Source: a virus. Taken from it: a stretch of 58,350 nt of DNA. Location of the stretch: IMG/VR virus record IMGVR_UViG_3300029815_000015, positions 1 to 58,350 of that record. One strand, written 5' to 3'. A program made the position numbers and the translations under genes. Position 1 is the first letter of the stretch, and each line of letters starts with the position of its first letter. The notes under the pieces are model-generated. The model made no database searches, was not told the DNA's origin, and was given only the letters and a program-made list of their open reading frames with translations. This document shows positions 41,833 to 51,649 of this stretch, piece by piece.

Positions 41833-42303
41833 ATGGCAAGTATTATTAAAACTTACAATTTCAAAAACGGAAGAACGATTGATACAGATGAAATTCATTA
41901 CGCAAACGGAGAATTTGTTTCTCTTGAAGATTACAAAATTGAAAGAGAAAAAAATTTTTGTCTTGAAAGTAAATTAGATAAATACGTTAGATTGCATTCA
42001 AGATTTACTGATTCTGCACTAAGAGATTTCGATAGCGGAGATTATGCGTCGTTGTGTGTTTTAACAATAAGTGAATTATCCGGTTATAAAGACAGAATAG
42101 AAGAATTAGAAAATGAGATACATACCATGGATTGTTTCTCAAACCCTTTGGACGTTGTCAAAATGCTTACTAGCGCAACGTGCGAAGTGAAAAATCCATC
42201 TATTGGAGAACCACCAGAAACAAAAAAATATACCATTGATGAGTTAAAACAGATTGCAGAGTATTTGCTTGTCTACTGCAAGCATAACAAAGAAGATGAA
42301 TAA
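41833..42303 (+). CDS. Hypothetical protein (156 aa)
   Basis: SD GGAGGTG upstream of ATG. Confidence 0.6.
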   Translation: MASIIKTYNFKNGRTIDTDEIHYANGEFVSLEDYKIEREKNFCLESKLDKYVRLHSRFTDSALRDFDSGDYASLCVLTISELSGYKDRIEELENEIHTMDCFSNPLDVVKMLTSATCEVKNPSIGEPPETKKYTIDELKQIAEYLLVYCKHNKEDE

Positions 42304-42359
42304 ATAATATGTTAGAGGTGTGGAAATCCGTTTTATCAACGCACCTTATGGGTTAAAAG

Positions 42360-42635
42360 ATGGAGAGTAATAGAATGGAAATTTTACTTGCTGTTTATGC
42401 TTTATGGTTGTTTTTAGGTAATTTCATATATTTTAACTTGGTAGAAACCAAAGATATATGTGCATTATGCTATTACGGTTTTGTATCAAAGTATCTGTAC
42501 GAAGAAACAGAAATGAATATGTTCGGATGTGTAATGATTGCACTATTATGTTATGTTTTTTTCCCAATTTTATTCATACCACGAAGCATAGGAATGATTG
42601 TGTTTTGGATATTTCACGTTGGGAGAAAGAAATGA
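42360..42635 (+). CDS. Membrane protein (91 aa)
   Basis: Three hydrophobic segments. Confidence 0.55.
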   Translation: MESNRMEILLAVYALWLFLGNFIYFNLVETKDICALCYYGFVSKYLYEETEMNMFGCVMIALLCYVFFPILFIPRSIGMIVFWIFHVGRKK

Positions 42636-42657
42636 TTGGTGGATTGATAAAGGGGAT

Positions 42658-42840
42658 ATGGAAATGTGTGAATTTTGCAAAAACATTTATACCAAAGATT
42701 ACACAAGCACAAAATACAAAGATTACATATACAAAGATGAACACGGTGTTTATATACATTTCGCAACGGGAGATAGTTTTATGGATTTTGATTATGAAAT
42801 CAATAATTGCCCTATGTGTGGTAGGAAGTTGGTGGATTGA
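42658..42840 (+). CDS. Zn-ribbon protein (60 aa)
   Basis: CEFC ... CPMC. ATG 42658 after AAGGGGA. Confidence 0.5.
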   Translation: MEMCEFCKNIYTKDYTSTKYKDYIYKDEHGVYIHFATGDSFMDFDYEINNCPMCGRKLVD

Positions 42841-43034
42841 TGATTACACAGCAAGATGTTCACAACCATATAGTTTTAAATGCAAATGATTGGCAGAAAA
42901 GATACTTGTCTATGCAATGTGGAAATGATGTTGAAAAATTAAAAGAAGTTGAAAAAAGTATGGCTAATATGGTAAATGGTGTTGTAAAGGCATTGAGAAA
43001 TAGCGGTGTTGATTATTTAAACAAGATTGTTTGA
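42837..43034 (+). CDS. Hypothetical protein (65 aa)
   Basis: ATGA-type overlap with the upstream gene. Confidence 0.5.
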   Translation: MMITQQDVHNHIVLNANDWQKRYLSMQCGNDVEKLKEVEKSMANMVNGVVKALRNSGVDYLNKIV

Positions 43035-43042
43035 GGTGGATT

Positions 43043-43207
43043 ATGAAACATGAAAAGGAATGGTATACTTGCGACAGGTGTGGGAAAGAGATAAAAGTAG
43101 GGCTGTTGTGTATGAAATCAATCACACAAAATGGCATATTAAATATTACCTACGATTTATGTAATAAGTGTATGGAAGATTTTGAGGTGTTTATGGAAAA
43201 TGAGTGA
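43043..43207 (+). CDS. Zn-ribbon small protein (54 aa)
   Basis: SD GAGGTGGA. CDRC ... CNKC. Read by eye. Confidence 0.45.
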   Translation: MKHEKEWYTCDRCGKEIKVGLLCMKSITQNGILNITYDLCNKCMEDFEVFMENE

Positions 43208-43502
43208 TGTAAGATTGGTTGGTAAGATTGATTCACGGAAATTGGTTCCTTGTTTCAACGAAAATAATAGAATACCTGCAAATATGATTTCGGAAAGTAA
43301 TGCGATTTTGAGTTTGGGTGTAAAAGCATTAAGAGAATTGCGTGATTGTGATATAGAACATTTTGTTTTGCCTAGTGAAGAAATCACAAAAAGGGTATGG
43401 AAAAATAAAAACGTGAAAGAATACGGAGAAAAGACAGATAAAATTGAAACTTGTGGATTTCCAGAAAGGGTTTGTCATTATGAAAATAACAGAAATGAAT
43501 AA
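43200..43502 (+). CDS. Hypothetical protein (100 aa)
   Basis: ATG 43200 overlaps the end of the previous ORF. Confidence 0.5.
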   Translation: MSDVRLVGKIDSRKLVPCFNENNRIPANMISESNAILSLGVKALRELRDCDIEHFVLPSEEITKRVWKNKNVKEYGEKTDKIETCGFPERVCHYENNRNE

Positions 43503-43674
43503 TTGCATTGAGAAAATGAGAGAGTGTTACAGTTTTGATGATGACAAAAAGGAAGTATGGCTTGGAGGAGATATGCGTAGTTCATGTAATAGATATATTT
43601 CTGTTTGTACAAAAGATGAAAATGGAACACAAATTGAAATGACAAGGCGTGCAGATGAATTAGTTGAAAAGTAA
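43480..43674 (+). CDS. Hypothetical protein (64 aa)
   Basis: ATG 43480. Overlaps the previous ORF. Confidence 0.45.
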   Translation: MKITEMNNCIEKMRECYSFDDDKKEVWLGGDMRSSCNRYISVCTKDENGTQIEMTRRADELVEK

Positions 43675-43709
43675 TTTTCGATTGTTTGTGAAAGGATAGT
43701 GAAGTAAAA

Positions 43710-44345
43710 ATGAAAAAGATACCTACGTTGTTTGAAAGAAAATATATAAGCAATTGCGTTGTAGAAACACTTCCAATTGTAACAAAAGGTATGGAATGGG
43801 TTTTAAATGGAGACGGAGTCGCAACGGTAAAATTTGATGGTTCATGTTGCGCGATTATCAACGGAGAATTTTACAAGAGATATGACGCAAAGAACGGTAA
43901 ACCAGTTCCAAAAGGAGCTATTAAATGTCAGGAAAAGGCAGACCCAATTACAGGGCATTTTCCATGTTGGGTAAAAGTTGATGATAAGAAACCGGAGGAT
44001 AAGTGGTTCAGAAAAGCATATGATACTGCAATGCAGTGTTGTTTAAGTCCTTTAACTGATGGAACGTATGAAGCGGTTGGAAAGCATTTTAATGGAAACC
44101 CGTACAATAAAGATTATGATGACCTTGTTCCGCATGGAAGAATCATTGTTGAAGTAGAACGAACCTTTGATGGAATTAAAAAATATCTATCCGAACATTA
44201 CGTAGAGGGTTTGGTGTTTTGGAAAGACGATATTCCTCAATGCAAAATTAAAAGGTCGGATTTTGGATTTGAATGGAACAGTAAACAATTAAATTGCCGA
44301 TTATCGGCTGAAAGGAAATGCTATGAATGGAATAATGATAGATGA
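43710..44345 (+). CDS. Minimal ATP-dependent nucleic-acid ligase-like protein (211 aa)
   Basis: Nucleotidyltransferase motifs: I VKFDGS, IV EGLVFWK, V CKIKRSDF. There is no room for an OB domain. Confidence 0.6.
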   Translation: MKKIPTLFERKYISNCVVETLPIVTKGMEWVLNGDGVATVKFDGSCCAIINGEFYKRYDAKNGKPVPKGAIKCQEKADPITGHFPCWVKVDDKKPEDKWFRKAYDTAMQCCLSPLTDGTYEAVGKHFNGNPYNKDYDDLVPHGRIIVEVERTFDGIKKYLSEHYVEGLVFWKDDIPQCKIKRSDFGFEWNSKQLNCRLSAERKCYEWNNDR

Positions 44346-44496
44346 TTTGTTAGAACCGTTAAATGATGCGATTAGCAAAAATACATTAAGTAAGATTCCA
44401 AAACAGAATAAAGGAACAGTCAAACAGTGGACTTCTTCGTGGAGACGTAGCAAAGATGGAAAACTCACTTGTTTGGAGTTTAAGAGAGTAAAATAA
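44323..44496 (+). CDS. Hypothetical small protein (57 aa)
   Basis: Read by eye. Weak SD AAGGA. Overlaps the ligase 3' end. Confidence 0.35.
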   Translation: MNGIMIDDLLEPLNDAISKNTLSKIPKQNKGTVKQWTSSWRRSKDGKLTCLEFKRVK

Positions 44497-44595
44497 AAAA
44501 ATCCCGGCTAACAAACGGAGTTAGTCGCTAACCTAGAAAAATTATAGGCAGGATGCCTATTATAGCATCTCTGCTTGTGTGGAGGTGCTTTTTTA

Positions 44596-47352
44596 ATGCA
44601 TACAATTGAAGATGAGAAAAATATAAAAGAATACGAAAAATACATATTACGAAATGGTATAGACCGTAGTGTAATAGATGCATATTGCGAAGCAAGTAAA
44701 ATTATACTTTGCGGAAGAAAAGACCGTGAATATGGATTGAAAGTTTCTACAAGAGCAAAAGAACTGATTTTTGAGTATATAAAATCAATTACAAATGGTG
44801 CTGATTTTAATTGGCTTGAAACGCAATCTCAAAAAAACAAGCAGTCGTATGATATTTTAGATAAATATTACGATTTGCTGCTTTATGAAGCACCTTACAT
44901 TCTTGATAGTTACATTCTTTACATAGAAAAAAACAGACCTAAGAAAGAAAGATTTTACGAGCCTAGAAGAAAAACACTCAAACAAGTTTCCGATAAGTTG
45001 CAGGAACTTGAAGATGGAAAACTTGACGAATTGTTTATTCACATGCCGCCAAGGGTTGGAAAACTTATTTCGGATGATACACCAGTATTTACGAGTAAAG
45101 GTTGGAAAAAACACGGAGATTTAAAGGTTGGAGATTTGGTTGTTGGTTTGGATGGTAGATATGTAAAGGTAATTTGCGTTCATCCAAAACACCACACAAC
45201 GCATACTGTTTTTCTTTCAAATGGAGAAAGTATAGATTGTCACGAAGACCACGAATGGACGGTTTTTGACAGAAGAAGCGGAAAATATAGAACAGTAGAG
45301 ACAAAACAACTAATCGGACACTTAAAAAACGGAAATAGAAATAATTTCATGTTACCACACAAACCAATGATGGATGGAGAGTATAAGGAAAATCTTAAAG
45401 TACCTCCTTATGTTCTTGGTGCTTGGCTTGGAGATGGTACAAATAGAAAACCATTTATTACGGGTGATAAAAACGACCACGCAATAATAGATAAAATTGT
45501 TAGGCTTGGTTACAAAGTAGAAAGAAAGTACATACATAAAACAACGGGGGTTGTTACGTATGGGTTTGGAAGAAAACTTGTAGATGGATTAAGATTTTAT
45601 AATATGTGTTTTTATACACATACTATGCCTAAACATATACCGGTTGATTATTTAACTGCGTCAATAGACCAAAGATTAGAATTACTTGCGGGTCTTATTG
45701 ATACAGACGGTTGTTTTATAAAAAAAGAAAACAGATACCAATTTACGACCGCTGATGAGTTATTGAAAAATAATTTTGAAACTCTTGTAAATTCATTTGG
45801 ATGGAGATGCTGCACTCAAGAGATTGAGCCAAGAACATCATCAAGCGGAATAGTTGGCAGAAAAAAATATTGGAATATATCTTTTAATCCAACAGAACAT
45901 ATCCCTTGTGCTCTTTATAGAAAGAAAATTTACGAATTTTCTGAAAAAAGAAGAGTTGCTATTTGTGATATTAAAGAGAGCGAACATAAAACTGGTAACT
46001 GCATAACAGTTGACAGCGAAGATGGATTATATATGATTGGAAAAACTATGATTCCAACTCATAATTCGCAGATAATAACACTTGCTATGTCATGGCATTG
46101 TGCAAAAGACGCAGAAAAAAGCAATTTGTATGTGACATACAAAGAGGGATTAGGCGGAGCATTTTTAACTGGTGTCATGGAAATCTGGACAGACCCAACA
46201 TATTGTTTTTCCGATGTATTTCCAAAAGTAAAAGTTGCTGATACGGATTCAAAAAATCATAAAGTAGACCTTGCGAGAAAAAAGAAGTATAAAACACTTT
46301 CTGGAAAAGGATTAGAAAGCGGACTTAACGGAGAATATGACGCTTACGGATGGATGGTATTGGATGATATTCTTGAAGGTATTCAAGATGTGCTTAACAC
46401 GGACACACTCAAACGAAAGCAGATTATCTTTGACAATAATGTAATGTCACGTAAAAAGGAACAGTGCAAACTAATCCATAATGGTACAATTTGGAGTTTG
46501 CACGACCTTTATAGTGATAGATTGGATTTCTTGCAGAATAACCCAGAAGCAAAAAATATCAGATATGACATTTTAAAGATACCGGCTTTGGACGAAAACG
46601 ATGAAAGCAACTTTGATTATGATTACGGTGTTGGATATACAACGCAATACTACCGAACGTTAAGAGCAAAGTTTGAAGAAAATGATGATATGGCATCTTG
46701 GTACGCACAGTATCAGCAGGAACCAATTGAAAGAGACGGTGCAGTTTTTAATCCAGAACATATGAGATTTTACAATGGTGTATTGCCGGAAGAAGAACCT
46801 TACAGAATATGTGCGGCTTGTGACGTTGCTTTAGGCGGAGAAGATTTTCTTGCATTTGCGGTAGCTTATATGTACGAGGATGGTTCAATTTACATTGACG
46901 ATGTTGTTTTCGACAACAGTGAAAAGAAAATAACAAAACCTAAAGTAGCAAACATGATTATTGATAATGACGTTGGAAGTGCGTTTTTTGAAGCAAACCA
47001 AGGTGGAGAGGGATATAAGGATGAAATCGAAGAATTACTAAAGAAAAAAGGACGAAAAATAAATCTACGTTCTGAATATGCACCTACAAACATGAGAAAA
47101 GCGCAAAGAATATGGGATAAGGCTGGAAGTATTAGAGAGTTTTATTTCCGTGATGTTGGATGTCGAAGTCAGGAATACAGAAAATTTATGACAAATTTAT
47201 ACAGTTTTACGGTTACTGGGAAAAACAAACATGAGGATGCGGCGGATTGCCTTGCGTCTTTAGCATACTTCATTGAGGGAAATTGGAGTATGGCAAAAAT
47301 AGAAGTTCCAAAAAACCCATTTAGAGGAGGTTATAGAAATTATGGATACTAA
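44596..47352 (+). CDS. terL: Terminase large subunit containing an intein (584-aa extein + 334-aa intein)
   Basis: ATG after GGAGGTG. Walker A PPRVGK|S is split by the insertion. C-terminal nuclease-like half. Followed by the portal gene. Confidence 0.85.
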   Translation: MHTIEDEKNIKEYEKYILRNGIDRSVIDAYCEASKIILCGRKDREYGLKVSTRAKELIFEYIKSITNGADFNWLETQSQKNKQSYDILDKYYDLLLYEAPYILDSYILYIEKNRPKKERFYEPRRKTLKQVSDKLQELEDGKLDELFIHMPPRVGKLISDDTPVFTSKGWKKHGDLKVGDLVVGLDGRYVKVICVHPKHHTTHTVFLSNGESIDCHEDHEWTVFDRRSGKYRTVETKQLIGHLKNGNRNNFMLPHKPMMDGEYKENLKVPPYVLGAWLGDGTNRKPFITGDKNDHAIIDKIVRLGYKVERKYIHKTTGVVTYGFGRKLVDGLRFYNMCFYTHTMPKHIPVDYLTASIDQRLELLAGLIDTDGCFIKKENRYQFTTADELLKNNFETLVNSFGWRCCTQEIEPRTSSSGIVGRKKYWNISFNPTEHIPCALYRKKIYEFSEKRRVAICDIKESEHKTGNCITVDSEDGLYMIGKTMIPTHNSQIITLAMSWHCAKDAEKSNLYVTYKEGLGGAFLTGVMEIWTDPTYCFSDVFPKVKVADTDSKNHKVDLARKKKYKTLSGKGLESGLNGEYDAYGWMVLDDILEGIQDVLNTDTLKRKQIIFDNNVMSRKKEQCKLIHNGTIWSLHDLYSDRLDFLQNNPEAKNIRYDILKIPALDENDESNFDYDYGVGYTTQYYRTLRAKFEENDDMASWYAQYQQEPIERDGAVFNPEHMRFYNGVLPEEEPYRICAACDVALGGEDFLAFAVAYMYEDGSIYIDDVVFDNSEKKITKPKVANMIIDNDVGSAFFEANQGGEGYKDEIEELLKKKGRKINLRSEYAPTNMRKAQRIWDKAGSIREFYFRDVGCRSQEYRKFMTNLYSFTVTGKNKHEDAADCLASLAYFIEGNWSMAKIEVPKNPFRGGYRNYGY
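45064..46065 (+). mobile_element. Intein with LAGLIDADG homing-endonuclease domain (class-3-like)
   Basis: Starts LISDDTPV.. right after GK. Block B ..HEDHEW... LAGLIDADG motifs LGAWLGDGT and LAGLIDTDG. Block F GNCITV. Ends ..IPTHN|S. Confidence 0.8.
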
Positions 47353-47767
47353 AACATATTTACAGCAAATTAGTAGACTTGACCGAATGATAAACAATAA
47401 GTTATCTGAAATACAGCAATTTAGAGAACTGGCAAGAAGTGTTTCTGCTGTAAAAAATGAAGAAAGAGTAAAAACAAGTCCTAACTTTGACAAAATTGGT
47501 TCGACCTATTGCAAAATTGAAAAGATGGAAGAGGAATTAGATGATTTAATCGACACCTACGTAGACAAAAAGAATTTTATTGTTTCGCAAATTGATGGAA
47601 TTGATAACGAAATTTATTATCATATTTTGTTTGCTCGGTATGTTGAGAAAAAGACATTTGAAAAAATCGCAGATGAAATGACGTATTCATGGAGACAAAC
47701 AATTAGAATACACGGAAGAGCATTACAGGAATTTGAAAAGTTATATGGAAAAACATACAAAGATTAA
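47342..47767 (+). CDS. Sigma-70 region-4-like / ArpU-type regulator (141 aa)
   Basis: C-terminal ..YHILFARYVEKKTFEKIADEMTYSWRQTIRIHGRALQEF HTH. Overlaps the terL stop. Confidence 0.5.
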   Translation: MDTKTYLQQISRLDRMINNKLSEIQQFRELARSVSAVKNEERVKTSPNFDKIGSTYCKIEKMEEELDDLIDTYVDKKNFIVSQIDGIDNEIYYHILFARYVEKKTFEKIADEMTYSWRQTIRIHGRALQEFEKLYGKTYKD

Positions 47768-47831
47768 TAATATGTCATAGTATGTCATATCGCAATTATT
47801 ATATAATATAAAATGAAGAAATCAAAATAAA

Positions 47832-47860
47832 ACACTGCCAAAAAAAGGCGGTGTTTTTTT
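47832..47860 (+). terminator. Intrinsic terminator
   Basis: Stem ACACTGCC/GGCGGTGT (one G-U), A7 loop, T7. Confidence 0.7.
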
Positions 47861-47881
47861 ATTGCAAGAAACGAGGTTTTT

Positions 47882-48076
47882 ATGACGGAACCAAAAACGA
47901 TATATTGTCCAAGATGTGGAAGAAAAGTAGCCACATGGGATGGACGTTCCAGTATGAATATTTCTGTGAATTGCAAAAAATGCAGGAAAAGAGTTGTTTA
48001 CCATGTAGATACTGGAACTACAGAGTTAAAAAAAATAGTACAAAGGACAACATCAAGTGGAATGATGTTTTGTTAG
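47882..48076 (+). CDS. Zn-ribbon protein (64 aa)
   Basis: CPRC ... CKKC. Confidence 0.5.
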   Translation: MTEPKTIYCPRCGRKVATWDGRSSMNISVNCKKCRKRVVYHVDTGTTELKKIVQRTTSSGMMFC

Positions 48077-48088
48077 TGAGGTGCTTTA

Positions 48089-49528
48089 ATGTTTAAGTAT
48101 TATGGAAAAAACATAAGACCGTTTACGGCAGTAAATCAATGCAATTTTGGAAGAAAAGTAATTTCTACAAATAAATCCAAAATTACAAAATTAAATATTG
48201 TCGAAGAATTAAACAAGGCACTTTCGATTCACAAGCAGAATACAAAAGAAATCAATTACCTTGATAGATATTACAGAGGAGACCAGCCTATTTTATACCG
48301 TAAAAAGGTAAATAGACCGGAGGTAAACAACAAACTTGTTTTAAATCTTGCTTATGAACTTGTTGAACGTAAGACTGCTGAAATATGTGCAGAGCCTATT
48401 CAGTATGTGTTACGTGGAACAGACGATAAGAAATCAGAAGAGATTACGGAACTGAATGTCACGATGGATTCTGAAAGCAAGCAAGAAGTAGATATTGATA
48501 TTTGCCGTTGGCGAAGTATTTGCGGTACGGCTTATAGATTTGTTGGAAATGACAACGGAAACGGAGATTTGCTTGACGAAAGCGACTTTGCTTTGTTTTC
48601 GGAAGACCCACGCTATACGTTTGTTGTTTATTACTCAAATAGAAAACCCGCATTTTCTTGTCAAATTAGAGAAGATGAAAGCGATAATTCAATATACTTT
48701 TGCTATACGGAAAGAGAGTATTTTGAAATTGTTGACGGAAAAATTAAAAGTAGTGGGTTGAACGGAAATAACGCTATTCCGGTTGTGGAATATCCAAATA
48801 ATGCAAGAAGGTTATCGGATATTGAGATTACAATTTCTATTACGGATTCAATCAATACATTATCTTCTGACCGGGTAAACGGAATTGAGCAGTTTGTTTC
48901 CGCATGGATTAAATTTGTGAATTGTGAGATTGACAAAGAAACATTTTCACAGATGAGATTAGAGGGTGCTTTAGTTGTTAAATCAAACAATGGCGAAAAT
49001 AAAGCCGACGTTGATGTAATGACAAATGAGTTGAACCAAACAGAAAGTCAAGTTGTTTTTGATGATTTGTTTGAAAGGTTTTTGAGCATTCAAGGATTGG
49101 CTAATCGTTCCAACAACAATGCCGGAGGTGATACTGGAAATGCAGTAAACCTACGAAACGGACATTATGATGCAGGACTAAGAACGGCAATCAACGAACC
49201 GATACTAAAAAAATCGGAAAGAATGGCTCTTAGAATTATACTAAATCGTTTGCGCATAAAGCGAAATTTTACGCTTATGCCAAGCGACATTGAAATACAT
49301 ATCAACCATAATAAAATAGATAATCTGCTTACAAAATCAGGAGCACTTAAAATGTTACTTGAAGCAGGGGTTGATTACAAAAGGGCAATTAAAACTGTTG
49401 ATTTGTTTAGTGACAGTGAGGCGGTTGCACTTGAATCAAAAGACAGAATGGAATATCTGTACCCGACAAGTAAGGATGTTGTAACAGAACCAAATAACAA
49501 TCCAGTAAATAAAGAGGTAGTCGAATAG
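48089..49528 (+). CDS. Portal protein (SPP1 gp6-like)
   Basis: 479 aa downstream of terL. ..LDRYYRGDQPILYRKK..NNKLVLNLAYELVERKTA.. resembles SPP1-type portals. Confidence 0.8.
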   Translation: MFKYYGKNIRPFTAVNQCNFGRKVISTNKSKITKLNIVEELNKALSIHKQNTKEINYLDRYYRGDQPILYRKKVNRPEVNNKLVLNLAYELVERKTAEICAEPIQYVLRGTDDKKSEEITELNVTMDSESKQEVDIDICRWRSICGTAYRFVGNDNGNGDLLDESDFALFSEDPRYTFVVYYSNRKPAFSCQIREDESDNSIYFCYTEREYFEIVDGKIKSSGLNGNNAIPVVEYPNNARRLSDIEITISITDSINTLSSDRVNGIEQFVSAWIKFVNCEIDKETFSQMRLEGALVVKSNNGENKADVDVMTNELNQTESQVVFDDLFERFLSIQGLANRSNNNAGGDTGNAVNLRNGHYDAGLRTAINEPILKKSERMALRIILNRLRIKRNFTLMPSDIEIHINHNKIDNLLTKSGALKMLLEAGVDYKRAIKTVDLFSDSEAVALESKDRMEYLYPTSKDVVTEPNNNPVNKEVVE

Positions 49529-49631
49529 ACTATCTCTTTTATTTTATAAAAATTTGCAGTTGTGCGTAAAACAACAGAACAATTCAAGCGGAGCAAACCG
49601 TGTTAAAAAACGTGAATTGACGGAGGTAATT

Positions 49632-50204
49632 ATGACTAGAGAACAGGCAAAACAGAAACTTATTTCTTTTGGAGTGGCAGAGCCAACGGATGAGCAGATT
49701 TCAGATTTGCTTAATTCAATTAACGCTGAAACAAAGAAAGAAAAAGACAGGGCAGATGGATACAAGGAAAAAGCTAATAAGGCTGATGAATTGCAGACAC
49801 AGCTTGACGAGCTTAACAGCCAGAACATGACAGAGCTTGAAAAAGCAACAACGGCACTTGAAGCGGCAAACAAACAAATTGCGCAGCTTGAAAAGAAAGA
49901 CACAGTTCGCACACAGAGAGCAAATGCAATGGAAAAGTTTGGTATTACAGCAGAGCAGGCAAGCAAAGTTGTTACAGATGATGGTTCTACAGATTATGAG
50001 GTTCTCGGTCAGATTTTTGCCGACAGTAAAAAAACGGCTATTGCTGAATATGAGAAACAGAAACTTGACGATACGCCTAATCCGGGTGGTTCTACAGGTG
50101 GAAGTGGAGAAGAAAAAACAAACGCTGAAAAACTTGTAGAGAAGTATTACAGCGGTCAGAAACAGAATAATGACGTTTTATCACATTATGTAGGAGGTAA
50201 TTAA
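49632..50204 (+). CDS. Scaffolding protein (190 aa)
   Basis: ATG after GGAGGT. Charged coiled coil. Between the portal and capsid genes. Confidence 0.65.
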   Translation: MTREQAKQKLISFGVAEPTDEQISDLLNSINAETKKEKDRADGYKEKANKADELQTQLDELNSQNMTELEKATTALEAANKQIAQLEKKDTVRTQRANAMEKFGITAEQASKVVTDDGSTDYEVLGQIFADSKKTAIAEYEKQKLDDTPNPGGSTGGSGEEKTNAEKLVEKYYSGQKQNNDVLSHYVGGN

Positions 50205-50205
50205 A

Positions 50206-50544
50206 ATGATGCAGTTTGAACAGACAGCATACGAGGGTGATGTAAATATCCTCAAAAGAAAACCGTTTGAAGGTATTCCTATGACACTTGATTTTACAAG
50301 TGTAACAGACAAATTGGCAAATGGGAAAAAGGTTGTTAAGGCTGGAACACCTATCGGAAAGACAAGAGTTGCAGACAACACAGCAACAGTAGTTGGTATT
50401 TTGCTTCATGATGTAACCGAAGATAGACCACAGGGTACATTGCTTAAGAAGGCTTATATTGACGAAACAACAGCCAAAAATCATTCGGGTGTAACCATTG
50501 ATGCAGCAGTTAAGACAGCACTGCCAATGATTGTATTTGAGTAA
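50206..50544 (+). CDS. Head decoration / minor capsid protein candidate (112 aa)
   Basis: Call is by position, immediately upstream of the major capsid gene. Confidence 0.35.
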   Translation: MMQFEQTAYEGDVNILKRKPFEGIPMTLDFTSVTDKLANGKKVVKAGTPIGKTRVADNTATVVGILLHDVTEDRPQGTLLKKAYIDETTAKNHSGVTIDAAVKTALPMIVFE

Positions 50545-50563
50545 TTAACAGGAGGTAAAAAGA

Positions 50564-51637
50564 ATGTTAGTAAATGATGTAGTAGATACAAAAGCCATTG
50601 CGCTTGCAGCTACAAACGATGCAAGTAATGATATTCCTTATCTTGGATTACAGTGGTTCCCGGAAAGAAAGAAATCGGGACTTGATTTAAAGTGGATTAA
50701 AACACACAAAGGACTTCCGGTATCGTTAAAGCCATCAAACTTTGATGCATTACCTACCATTCGTGCAAGAGAAGGATTAAAAACAGAAAAGACACAGATG
50801 GCATTTTTCCGTGAACAGATGGTTGTTACAGAGGAAGATGCACAGGAAATTGACAGAATTAAGGATGAAAACGACCCATATTTACAGGGAGCATTACAAA
50901 GTATCTATGATGATACCACAACACTTGTAAGAGGTGCAGAGGTTGTTCCGGAAAGAATGAGAATGGCTCTTCTTGCCACAGCAAAAGGACACCCAACAAT
51001 CGGAATTGAATCTGATGGCGTTAAGTATGAGTATGATTACGACCCTAACGGAGAATATACCGCTAAGCATTACTTAAAGTTGCAGGACACAGCAATGTGG
51101 AGCGACACAGTAAATTCAAAGCCGCTTACCGACCTTAATAATGCAAGAAAAGCACTTGCAAAACTTGGTAAGGTTGCAACATATGTTCTTATGAACTCTA
51201 ACACATTTAATTATCTGTTAGAGAACAAGCAGGTTAAAAATGCAATTCTTGCACAAAACCTTACAGCAAATATTGAACTTACAGACGATAATGTAATTTC
51301 AATCGTTAAGTCAAGAACAAAACTTACCATTGTTCTTTATGATAAAATGTACATCGGTGATGATGGCAAGGAAGCATATTTTTATCCAGATGATAAGGTT
51401 ACATTACTTCCGGCCGGTGCTCTTGGCGGCACATGGTTTGGTACTACACCAGAAGAGAGAACAGCTTCACAAGTGGCTGATGTAGACGTATCTATGTACG
51501 GAGTAGGAATTGCAGTAGCAAAGAAAGTTGAGTATGGTCCACCAGCTATTACATCTGTAACCGCTTCTGAGATTGTGCTTCCATCTTATGAAAATATGGA
51601 TTCAACATTTGTAATTGAGGTTCATTCACAAGAGTAG
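50564..51637 (+). CDS. Major capsid protein (protein-E-like family)
   Basis: 357 aa with SD AGGAGGT. ..LGLQWFPERKKSGLDLKWIKTHKGLPVSLKPSNFD.. resembles major capsid protein E family. Position supports the call. Confidence 0.8.
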   Translation: MLVNDVVDTKAIALAATNDASNDIPYLGLQWFPERKKSGLDLKWIKTHKGLPVSLKPSNFDALPTIRAREGLKTEKTQMAFFREQMVVTEEDAQEIDRIKDENDPYLQGALQSIYDDTTTLVRGAEVVPERMRMALLATAKGHPTIGIESDGVKYEYDYDPNGEYTAKHYLKLQDTAMWSDTVNSKPLTDLNNARKALAKLGKVATYVLMNSNTFNYLLENKQVKNAILAQNLTANIELTDDNVISIVKSRTKLTIVLYDKMYIGDDGKEAYFYPDDKVTLLPAGALGGTWFGTTPEERTASQVADVDVSMYGVGIAVAKKVEYGPPAITSVTASEIVLPSYENMDSTFVIEVHSQE

Positions 51638-51649
51638 GAGGTATTAAAC

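Noticed and set aside
41275-41839. Minus-strand ORFs 41275..41643 and 41546..41839, and + ORF 41527..41724
   Set aside because: They overlap the tRNA-like helices and have no ribosome-binding sites. Their translations are Cys/His/Ser-rich noise.
42458-42889. 143-aa + strand ORF overlapping 42360..42635 and 42658..42840
   Set aside because: It is an alternative frame across two better-supported genes (a membrane protein, and a Zn-ribbon protein with an SD). Its translation is not protein-like.
49529-49631. Prohead protease between portal and scaffold
   Set aside because: There is no room for such a gene there, and I recognised no serine-protease-like ORF in the head module. The absence is noted, not a feature.
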